DNA from: Patescibacteria group bacterium
GTDB lineage: Bacteria; Patescibacteriota; Patescibacteriia; UBA10025; JAHIVO01
Length of the DNA stretch: 64,000 nucleotides
Assembly (NCBI GenBank): GCA_041649335.1
Contig: JBAZNF010000001.1
Span: 21,285-85,284 of the forward strand
Direction of reading: 5' to 3'
Shown in pieces: positions 57,108 to 64,000 of this stretch. Position numbers and translations under genes: made by a program. Every line of letters begins with the position of its first letter. Within the stretch, counting starts at the first letter, position 1. The notes below the pieces were generated by a model. That model had not been told where the DNA came from, ran no database searches, and was given only the letters and a program-made list of their open reading frames with translations.

Positions 57108-57653
57108 ATGAAAATACAGAATGCGCGGTTATTGTTTATTTTTATTTCGGTCATTACTGGACTGAGCGTGGCCATGCGGTTCCTGCCCCATTCGTATAAT
57201 TTTGTCCCTGTCGGCGCCCTGGCTCTTTTTTCCGGAACCTATATCCGGTCGAAGTGGGGGGTTCTCATGCCAGTAGCGGCCATGGCCGTAACGGATGTGT
57301 TCATCGGCTGGCATAACATAGTGTTGTTTACGTGGGGAAGTTACGCCGTAATAGGGATGATCGGCTGGTGGGTACGCCAAAAGCCGAACGTACTGAAAAT
57401 TGCCGCCGGGACCGTGTCCGGCTCAGTAATTTTTTATCTGCTGACGAATTTCGCCGTATGGGCCTGGACGCCATTGTACCAGAAAACATGGGCTGGTCTG
57501 ATCCAAAGTTATGTGATGGCTGTCCCGTTCTACCGCAATACTTTTTTCGGCGACCTGTTCTATGTCGCGGTATTTTTCGGCGTTTACCAGGCGGCTGTTT
57601 ACCTGGTTGCTAAGCGCGCGGAATCCAGGAAGCCGTTTGCGCATATAAGCTAG
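57108..57653 (+). CDS. Polytopic small membrane protein (5-6 TM), possible substrate-capture component co-operonic with the DUF4430-like gene
   Basis: Hydrophobicity pattern only. Confidence 0.5.
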   Translation: MKIQNARLLFIFISVITGLSVAMRFLPHSYNFVPVGALALFSGTYIRSKWGVLMPVAAMAVTDVFIGWHNIVLFTWGSYAVIGMIGWWVRQKPNVLKIAAGTVSGSVIFYLLTNFAVWAWTPLYQKTWAGLIQSYVMAVPFYRNTFFGDLFYVAVFFGVYQAAVYLVAKRAESRKPFAHIS

Positions 57654-57754
57654 CCAAACGAGTAATATAAAAAATACCGGTTTCAATAACGGTATTTTTT
57701 TTACCCTTTATTTATTGTGCCATTGGGGTATACTGGAGATAGTAGGAAAATCTT

Positions 57755-58675
57755 ATGGCCAATTATCAGCACTATCAGCGTTATCGGCCGCAGGGGGGAC
57801 GGTCACGGTTCAACTGGACCCGAATAGCACTTATTGTCGGCATCCTTTTTGTTGTGTTCCTGATCGGCCGGGCGATATTCAGTAAGCAGCCGACCCCGAC
57901 CTTGACGCTACCTGGCGACAATTCAGCGGTGGCCGAGTCGGGCGTCGACACAAACATCAATTCAATGCTGACCAACGCTGACGCAAATACAAATGTTGAA
58001 GAAAATGCCAATGCCAACAACAATGCCAATGTTAATGTGGCCTCTTCTTCCAGCAGCTTCAGTGTCGCAGACTGTACCAAGGTCATTTCGCGCGCCTCGA
58101 CTGACCAGAAACAGATTGCCCTGACTTTCAATGTCGGCACCGTCAAGGAAGGAGAAATCGACCGGCTGTTGGCGGCTCTCAAGGCCGGTGCCGTGCCGGC
58201 GGATTTTTTTGTCCGCGGCGACGTGGCCGAAACGAACGCGGTCATGGTTAAAAAAGTCAGCGACGCGGGGTTTTCGGTGTACAACCTGAGTTACAGCTAT
58301 CCGCATTTTAATGATTTGCCCGCACCCAGCGTGGCGGAGCAGCTGACAAAAGCGGACCAGGCAATCGGCCAAGTGACCGGTACGTCAACCAAACCATTTT
58401 TCCGTCCGCCGTATGGGGAAGCGGACGCGGACGTCCTGGCTGCGGTAACGGAGGCCGGATATTGTCCGGTAACGTGGACGGTTGACGCGCTGGATTGGTC
58501 ATCGGACTATACGGCGGAGCAATCAAAAGACCGGGTCCTGCAAAGTGCCGTGCCGGGAGGTATCGTCCTCATGCAGGCCAGCAATGCCACAACTGCCGAC
58601 ATTATATCCGACGTCATTACACAGTTGAAAAATTCCGGTTTTACGATTGTAAATTTAGAGACGTTACTCACCTAG
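57755..58675 (+). CDS. Membrane-anchored polysaccharide deacetylase (NodB-homology domain)
   Basis: TM, an Asn-rich linker, then a NodB-like core (LTFNVGT...FFRPPYGE...). Confidence 0.7.
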   Translation: MANYQHYQRYRPQGGRSRFNWTRIALIVGILFVVFLIGRAIFSKQPTPTLTLPGDNSAVAESGVDTNINSMLTNADANTNVEENANANNNANVNVASSSSSFSVADCTKVISRASTDQKQIALTFNVGTVKEGEIDRLLAALKAGAVPADFFVRGDVAETNAVMVKKVSDAGFSVYNLSYSYPHFNDLPAPSVAEQLTKADQAIGQVTGTSTKPFFRPPYGEADADVLAAVTEAGYCPVTWTVDALDWSSDYTAEQSKDRVLQSAVPGGIVLMQASNATTADIISDVITQLKNSGFTIVNLETLLT

Positions 58676-58677
58676 CT

Positions 58678-58890
58678 ATGCCTGATGAGGAGATTAAACA
58701 GCTTTTGCTGAAAAATATCGAGCTGTCGGAGAAGATATGGTTGTCGCTTGAACGGCAGAGAAAAATCCGTCTCTGGACCCTGATTATCGGCATTGCCGTA
58801 ATTGTCCTGCCGCTGATCGTGGCTGCGATTTCGTTTCCCTGGATGATGCGGACGATCCAGGATTATTACGGCGCCACTTTGAATATTTAG
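58678..58890 (+). CDS. Small single-TM hypothetical protein (70 aa)
   Basis: The ATG lies 3 nt after the upstream stop, and the protein has a C-terminal TM helix. Confidence 0.4.
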   Translation: MPDEEIKQLLLKNIELSEKIWLSLERQRKIRLWTLIIGIAVIVLPLIVAAISFPWMMRTIQDYYGATLNI

Positions 58891-58893
58891 CCT

Positions 58894-59235
58894 ATGGCCA
58901 AGCGTGTCATTATCATCATAATTATCGTCGGCGCCGGATGCGTGCTGATTGCCTTATTGTCTCCGCACCTTACTATAAATCCAAAAAATACCCCCACGGC
59001 CAATCCTCAGCCAAATCTTGTTGTCGCTGAATGCGACCGGGACAGTGATTGCCTGGTCAGTGGTTGTTCCGGTACGTTGTGCGTACCGCGTGACCGGGCA
59101 TCGCAGCAGTATTCGACCTGCGAATGGCAGCCAGAGTACGCCTGTTATGCCGATGACAGCTGCCTATGCCGTGCCGGACAGTGCCGATGGGCGGAGACGG
59201 AAGCCTATGCTTCCTGCATCAGACAGCTGAAATAA
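58894..59235 (+). CDS. Small secreted/anchored Cys-rich protein (10 Cys in about 70 aa)
   Basis: N-terminal TM or signal sequence (IIIIIIVGAGCVLIALL), then CDRDSDCLVSGCSGTLC...CEW...CYADDSCLCRAGQCRW. Confidence 0.5.
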   Translation: MAKRVIIIIIIVGAGCVLIALLSPHLTINPKNTPTANPQPNLVVAECDRDSDCLVSGCSGTLCVPRDRASQQYSTCEWQPEYACYADDSCLCRAGQCRWAETEAYASCIRQLK

Positions 59236-59368
59236 ATACCCGGCCGCGTGTGTAGTATGTAGTGAGGCCTACCTTGACATTTCAGGGGTAATGGTTGATA
59301 CTATCCACGAAAATATCTTTATTATTTATATATTAATAAATATTAATTTAAGAACATTTATAAAGAGT

Positions 59369-60706
59369 ATGGACGCTAAAGATTCAACTCGCCAACCGAA
59401 CCCACAAAATAGCCGGACTACCCAGAAATCTATCCTGAACATCCCAGCTCAATCGACCCGACGGTCGAGTTCTACCGTCACTTTCAGGCAGCTCCGGATG
59501 GTGGCGATCAGCATGCTCGTAGTCAGTTTGGTGGTGAGCTCGGCGGCCGGACTGCTCTTCGGTACCTGGGCCAGTACCAACCAGCGCGTATCCACCTGGA
59601 TCCAAAAAAATATTTTCAGCCGGAACGCAACTGCCGTTTCGTTAACCAGCGCGGTTACGGCTTCCCAGCAGACCGTTTCGGTGACTGAGGACTCGGCAAC
59701 CGTTGACGTGGTCAAGGACGCCAGTCCGGCGGTCGTCAGCATCGTTATCACCCAGGACTTAAGCAAACTGTATTCTAGCAACAACGGTTTTCCTTTCGGG
59801 TTTTTTTACGATTCCAGCCAGCTTCCCCAGGGACAGCAGGAAGTGGGAGCCGGCTCAGGATTCATCATTTCCGCTGACGGCCTCATTTTAACCAATAAAC
59901 ATGTCGTATCCACGGCTGAAGCTGATTATACGGTGGTGTTGAGCGACGGGACAAAATACAAGGCGACCGTGGTGGCGACTGATCCGCTGAATGACATTGC
60001 CTTGGTAAAAATTGACGCCACTAATTTACCGACACTGACACTCGGCGATTCGAACAGCCTGCAGATCGGTCAAACGGTTATTGCCATCGGCAATACTCTC
60101 GGGCAATACCAAAATACGGTTACGCGCGGGATTATTTCCGGACTCTCGCGGACAGTCACTGCCGGGGATAATACGGGATCATCCGAGACGTTGCAGAACA
60201 TCATCCAGACTGATGCAGCCATCAATTCCGGTAATTCTGGCGGTCCGCTACTGGATATAACCGGGCAGGTTATCGGCATGAATACAGCGGTCAATGCTTC
60301 CGGACAGTCGGTCGGTTTTGCCATCCCGATCAACCAGGTGAAAAAGGACATTCAGAGCGTGCAAACGAGCGGCAAGATCGTCACTCCGTATCTTGGCATC
60401 CGGTATGTGCTGATCAACAGCGATATCGCCCAGCAAAACACCCTTTCAGTTGATTATGGCGCCTGGGTGACGAGCGGCAACCAGTCGATTTCCCCAGTCG
60501 TGGCCGGGAGCCCGGCGGAAAAGGCGGGGATTATCGCCGATGACATCATTTTGGAAATCGACGGCCAGCGCGTCGACAGTTCCCATAACTTATCGGACCA
60601 GATCCAGCAGCACAATGTCGATGATTCAATCTCGCTGAAAATACTTCGCAATGGCAAGGAGATCACTATTTCTGCCAAGCTGGCCGAGGCGCCGACCCAG
60701 TCATAA
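59369..60706 (+). CDS. htrA: HtrA/DegP-family serine protease with PDZ domain
   Basis: TNKHVV (His), GNSGGPLLD (Ser), and a C-terminal PDZ. The start was taken at MDAKD; a TTGACA-17 promoter lies upstream. Confidence 0.9.
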   Translation: MDAKDSTRQPNPQNSRTTQKSILNIPAQSTRRSSSTVTFRQLRMVAISMLVVSLVVSSAAGLLFGTWASTNQRVSTWIQKNIFSRNATAVSLTSAVTASQQTVSVTEDSATVDVVKDASPAVVSIVITQDLSKLYSSNNGFPFGFFYDSSQLPQGQQEVGAGSGFIISADGLILTNKHVVSTAEADYTVVLSDGTKYKATVVATDPLNDIALVKIDATNLPTLTLGDSNSLQIGQTVIAIGNTLGQYQNTVTRGIISGLSRTVTAGDNTGSSETLQNIIQTDAAINSGNSGGPLLDITGQVIGMNTAVNASGQSVGFAIPINQVKKDIQSVQTSGKIVTPYLGIRYVLINSDIAQQNTLSVDYGAWVTSGNQSISPVVAGSPAEKAGIIADDIILEIDGQRVDSSHNLSDQIQQHNVDDSISLKILRNGKEITISAKLAEAPTQS

Positions 60707-60727
60707 ATAATTTTTTACTAAAAAAAT

Positions 60728-61204
60728 ATGCCACCAGAGACAAGAACGGAGGATGTCGAAACAAATCCAGAACTACAATCCAAGGAGGCAGTAGACAGCC
60801 ATAGCGGGCAGGAAGTACGGCCGGAACACATCCTGGCGGACCGCAAACTAATCGAGACGCGGCGCCATGATTTTGAAATTCTGTACAAGTACATGAAGAT
60901 GTATCAGGACGAGGGTTGGACGCTAATGAAGATTGAATCTGCAAGCCCGCAATTGAGTGAAACGCTCGGCGTGTTTAAAGACGTGCTGAAAGCGGCCGGT
61001 AGGTATGACGTGGATGGGTTGCTTGAGGGTTTACTTACCGAGGTGAGGCGCTGTCATGAGGAAAAAAAAGATAAGCATGATTTTATCGAAGATATTTTTG
61101 ATCATACGAAAATGTCCGGCGGCCCCGTGCAGAATTTTTATGAAGCCTTTGTGGCCGGCCTGAAAGCGCAGCAAGAATCCAGATCTAATAAACTGGCAGC
61201 ATAG
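60728..61204 (+). CDS. Hypothetical cytoplasmic protein (158 aa)
   Basis: An ORF with a bidirectional terminator downstream. Confidence 0.5.
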   Translation: MPPETRTEDVETNPELQSKEAVDSHSGQEVRPEHILADRKLIETRRHDFEILYKYMKMYQDEGWTLMKIESASPQLSETLGVFKDVLKAAGRYDVDGLLEGLLTEVRRCHEEKKDKHDFIEDIFDHTKMSGGPVQNFYEAFVAGLKAQQESRSNKLAA

Positions 61205-61210
61205 GTTTTT

Positions 61211-61250
61211 TAAAAAAATCCTCCGGTTGGGATAACCGGAGGTTGTTTGG
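61211..61250. terminator. Bidirectional intrinsic terminator (cctccggtt-gggat-aaccggagg) between the 60728 gene and glnA
   Basis: Perfect 9-bp stem, with T-runs on both strands. Confidence 0.65.
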
Positions 61251-61263
61251 GGTATGTAGATGA

Positions 61264-62661
61264 TCATACCCAGCGCGAATAGTACGTGACTTCCCAGGGG
61301 AAGACTTTTGTCCGGATAGGCGCGTTTTTTTTGCCTACGCCGGCGACATAATCCCTCCATTCCGCTTCTTTCGAGTCGCATATTTTGCCGTGGAGATGGT
61401 CGCCCAAGATGGTACGCATGAGTCCACTGTCTCGGAATTCAGCGAGCGCTTCATTGAAACTGCCCGGCAGGGACGCGATCCCTCGTTTTTTCAGCTGTGT
61501 CTTGCTGAGGCGGAATACGTCATCCTCCACCGGATTGGGCAGTGACTTTAGGTCTTCCCGGATACCCTGCAACCCCATGCCGATAATGACTGCGAAAGCC
61601 AGGGGGATGTTGCAGGCCGGGTCAGGGCAACGGACCTCGATACGCGTAGCGCGTTCCTTGCCCATCTGGTACTGGGGGACGCGGATCAGGGCGGACCGGT
61701 TCCGGCGGCCCCAACAGAGATAGACTGGCGCTTCGTAGCCCGGGACCAGCCGTTTGAAACTATTTACCCATTGGCAGAGGATGATCATGCCGGCCGGCAG
61801 GTACTTGAATACGCCGGCCATGAATTGGCGGGCCGTAGCCGAGAGGTGGTATTCCGTGTCCTGTTCGTCAAAGAACGTGTTATGCCCGTCCGTAAACAAC
61901 GAGGTGTGTATGTGCATGCCGGAACCATTAACTCCGGCGAGGGGTTTGGGCATGAACGACGCTGAAACGCCGAGCTGGGCGGCGACTTCCTTGACCACGG
62001 TCCGGTATAGCATGGCGTTATGGGCCATCGACAGCGCGTCCTGGTAGTGGAGGTCGATTTCATTCTGTGAATCAGCCACCTCGCCATGGTCTACTTCGAT
62101 GGATATGCCCAGTTGGCGGAACGCTTCCACGGCTCGCATCCGTACAGTAGCGCCGAGGTGGGCCACTCCTTCGTCAAAATAGCCGCCCCGATGGACAAGA
62201 ACGGGTTTCCCGGTCTGCGGGGAGCCGTTTTTGAACAGGAAGAATTCCAGTTCTGGCCCGACGTTGACTGTTGAGTAACCCAGGCATGCCGCGGCGGCTA
62301 CCTGTTTTTCCAGGACCCAGAGCGGATCACCGGCAAAGCGGCGGCCGTCGGGAGTGTAAATCTGACACAGCATGTTGCCGATGGCTTGCCCGTCCACCAG
62401 GTAGGGAAGCTTGCGGAACGTCCGGGGGATCGGCCGCGCCACGAGGTCGCTTTCCTGGATTCTGAGTAGCCCTTCAATTGATGAGCCGTCAAACCCGCTC
62501 CCGTCCTGGAAGACATTCCAGATCGTGTCACGGCTGATGTTTGACCCTTTGATCCGTCCGAGCGGATCAGGGAACCAGAGTCTGATGTACCGGATGTCCT
62601 GGCCGAACAGCTGTTCGATGACAGACTGGACGTCACGGTCTGTAAATGCTGAGTTGTCCAT
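61264..62661 (-). CDS. glnA: Glutamine synthetase type I
   Basis: 465 aa with the GS catalytic core. Confidence 0.9.
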   Translation of the reverse strand: MDNSAFTDRDVQSVIEQLFGQDIRYIRLWFPDPLGRIKGSNISRDTIWNVFQDGSGFDGSSIEGLLRIQESDLVARPIPRTFRKLPYLVDGQAIGNMLCQIYTPDGRRFAGDPLWVLEKQVAAAACLGYSTVNVGPELEFFLFKNGSPQTGKPVLVHRGGYFDEGVAHLGATVRMRAVEAFRQLGISIEVDHGEVADSQNEIDLHYQDALSMAHNAMLYRTVVKEVAAQLGVSASFMPKPLAGVNGSGMHIHTSLFTDGHNTFFDEQDTEYHLSATARQFMAGVFKYLPAGMIILCQWVNSFKRLVPGYEAPVYLCWGRRNRSALIRVPQYQMGKERATRIEVRCPDPACNIPLAFAVIIGMGLQGIREDLKSLPNPVEDDVFRLSKTQLKKRGIASLPGSFNEALAEFRDSGLMRTILGDHLHGKICDSKEAEWRDYVAGVGKKNAPIRTKVFPWEVTYYSRWV

Positions 62662-62919
62662 GTGATTCTCCTTTGATTACAGAGTTTTGCGGTATGTCAG
62701 TTGCGTTGCAGTATATTCATTGGTAAGGAACGGTTTCCCTCCTGATAAATGTAAAAACTCCCCGGGGATGTTCTTCATTTTTTGCCTGAGATTCCGGTAA
62801 AAATGAAAAAACTCCTTTTTGAGAGAGTTTTTTTTATTCTACTTTTTAATTGTAGCTTGATTTAACTATATCAGGTCAACAGAGGCGGTCAAGCCGTCGC
62901 TTTTATTGGGTATTGAAGG

Positions 62920-62928
62920 TTATCCACA
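62920..62928 (+). promoter_or_regulatory. Perfect DnaA-box 9-mer (TTATCCACA) in the glnA/prfB divergent intergenic region
   Basis: Exact match to the consensus. Confidence 0.3.
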
Positions 62929-62979
62929 GCGTGGCCCTGTTTCTTGCCACCGACTGATACATCCGCTACAATTCATAGC

Positions 62980-64000
62980 ATGAAAGAAATTATAGACAAG
63001 TTAGTGGATTTACGGGAGAAAATCGCCAGAACCTGGCGAATTTTGAAATTAGATCAAGTTCGGGAAACGATAAAGCTCTTAGAATTGGACATGTCCAAGC
63101 CCGATTTTTGGCAAGACCCGGATTCAGCGAAAGTGAAAGCGCGGGACCACGATGAACTGAAAAAAGAACTGAACCGGTGGACCGGCATCGCTCGGGAGGT
63201 TGATGATACGCTGGAGCTTGCGTCTGCTTCTGACCATGAAGGTGACCAATCCATGAAGGCGGATATTATGGCGCGTTTTAACGAGTTGCATGACCAATTC
63301 CAATCGCTGGAATTTTATATCATGCTGTCCGGTAAGTATGACTCATATGATGCCATTGTGGCTATCCATGCCGGTACCGGAGGGGTGGACGCCCAGGATT
63401 GGGCATCAATGCTGCTTCGGATGTACATACGCTTTTGTGAACGGCAGGGGTGGACGGTAAAAACCATCGACAAGTCCATGGGCAATGAAGCGGGAATAAA
63501 AAGCGTTACCCTCGAGGTGGCAGGGCGGTATGCGTATGGGTATCTGAAAGCTGAGGCTGGCGTGCACCGCCTGGTTCGTATTTCACCATATGATGCGGAA
63601 AAGATGCGCCACACCTCCTTTGCTTTAGTGGAGGTTTTGCCGGTCCTGGAAGAGGTCAGTGAAGTGAAAATTGACGATAAGGAATTACGCATTGAAACCT
63701 CAACATCGTCCGGCCACGGCGGCCAGTCGGTGAATACGACTTACTCAGCGATCCGGATCGTACATATTCCGACCGGCATCACCGTTTCCTGCCAAAATGA
63801 ACGTTCGCAGCAGCAAAATAAGGAAACGGCCATGAAAATTTTACGGGCAAAGCTTCACGCCCGGTTCCTTGAGGAACAACAGAAAGAAAAACGGGAGCTA
63901 CGAGGCGCCTACCAGGAGGCTGCCTGGGGCAACCAGGTCCGCTCGTACGTTCTTCAGCCGTATAAAATGGTCAAAGACCACCGGACAAAACATGAGGTGC
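62980..64000 (+). CDS. prfB: Peptide chain release factor 2 (partial, runs off the window)
   Basis: Hand translation reads in one uninterrupted frame through the RF2-specific blocks: DFWQDP, EAQDWASML..RMY, AGIKSVT, GVHRLVRISPYD, RHTSF, GGQSVNTTYSAIRIVHIPTGI. There is no in-frame stop or +1 frameshift site. Confidence 0.85.
   Translation, partial: MKEIIDKLVDLREKIARTWRILKLDQVRETIKLLELDMSKPDFWQDPDSAKVKARDHDELKKELNRWTGIAREVDDTLELASASDHEGDQSMKADIMARFNELHDQFQSLEFYIMLSGKYDSYDAIVAIHAGTGGVDAQDWASMLLRMYIRFCERQGWTVKTIDKSMGNEAGIKSVTLEVAGRYAYGYLKAEAGVHRLVRISPYDAEKMRHTSFALVEVLPVLEEVSEVKIDDKELRIETSTSSGHGGQSVNTTYSAIRIVHIPTGITVSCQNERSQQQNKETAMKILRAKLHARFLEEQQKEKRELRGAYQEAAWGNQVRSYVLQPYKMVKDHRTKHEV

Noticed and set aside
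63000-63120. Programmed +1 frameshift site in prfB
   Set aside because: Translation continues in a single frame through the equivalent region. No CUU-UGA-C-like motif with an upstream SD is present.
1-64000. CRISPR arrays, transposases, integrases, prophage or conjugative ATPase genes
   Set aside because: I found no spaced direct repeats of CRISPR type and no mobile-element protein signatures. The tRNA loci are followed by ordinary housekeeping genes, so they are not integration hotspots.

Overview
This window looks like a compact, gene-dense bacterial chromosome segment with an ultra-small-genome / CPR-Patescibacteria-like character. GC is about 50%, the standard genetic code applies (sufS stops at TGA; an RF2 gene is present), genes are short with short intergenic gaps, and many proteins are membrane-anchored surface proteins. 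My best candidate for a novel system is a 3167-aa Cys-rich surface protein (36813-46316) whose N-terminus resembles a VirB2/TrbC-type (T4SS-pilin-like) membrane domain; it heads an operon of Ig-like and TSP3-repeat surface proteins that runs without a break into ybeY-dgkA. 

Main blocks:
(1) 0.6-10.7 kb, an iron/redox island: AMP-phosphorylase-like nucleoside phosphorylase, ferredoxin, Fur-family regulator with an autoregulatory palindrome, sufCBDSU, Fe/Mn-SOD, ferritin, a second ferredoxin, two tandem DsbA-like thiol-disulfide oxidoreductases.
(2) lgt, a membrane hydrolase, a DMT transporter, a tRNA cluster (initiator tRNA-fMet, a CAU tRNA, tRNA-Leu), parAB, and a Wzy_C/TPR membrane protein.
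(3) Minus-strand housekeeping: topA, dprA, mfd, then a ~540-nt structured non-coding gap, then pilM-pilT embedded in a pth-der-LCP operon.
(4) Mannosyltransferase, tRNA-Val, two tandem signal peptidase I genes, hisS, HIT, rpsU, yqeY.
(5) The giant surface protein and its operon, ending in ybeY-dgkA.
(6) ftsA-ftsZ.
(7) A cobalamin module: nrdR (with NrdR box), class II B12-dependent RNR, corrinoid adenosyltransferase, DUF4430-like protein, polytopic membrane protein.
(8) Polysaccharide deacetylase, small membrane and Cys-rich proteins, htrA, a hypothetical, glnA (minus), and prfB running off the window.

No CRISPR array, transposase, integrase or reverse transcriptase was seen.
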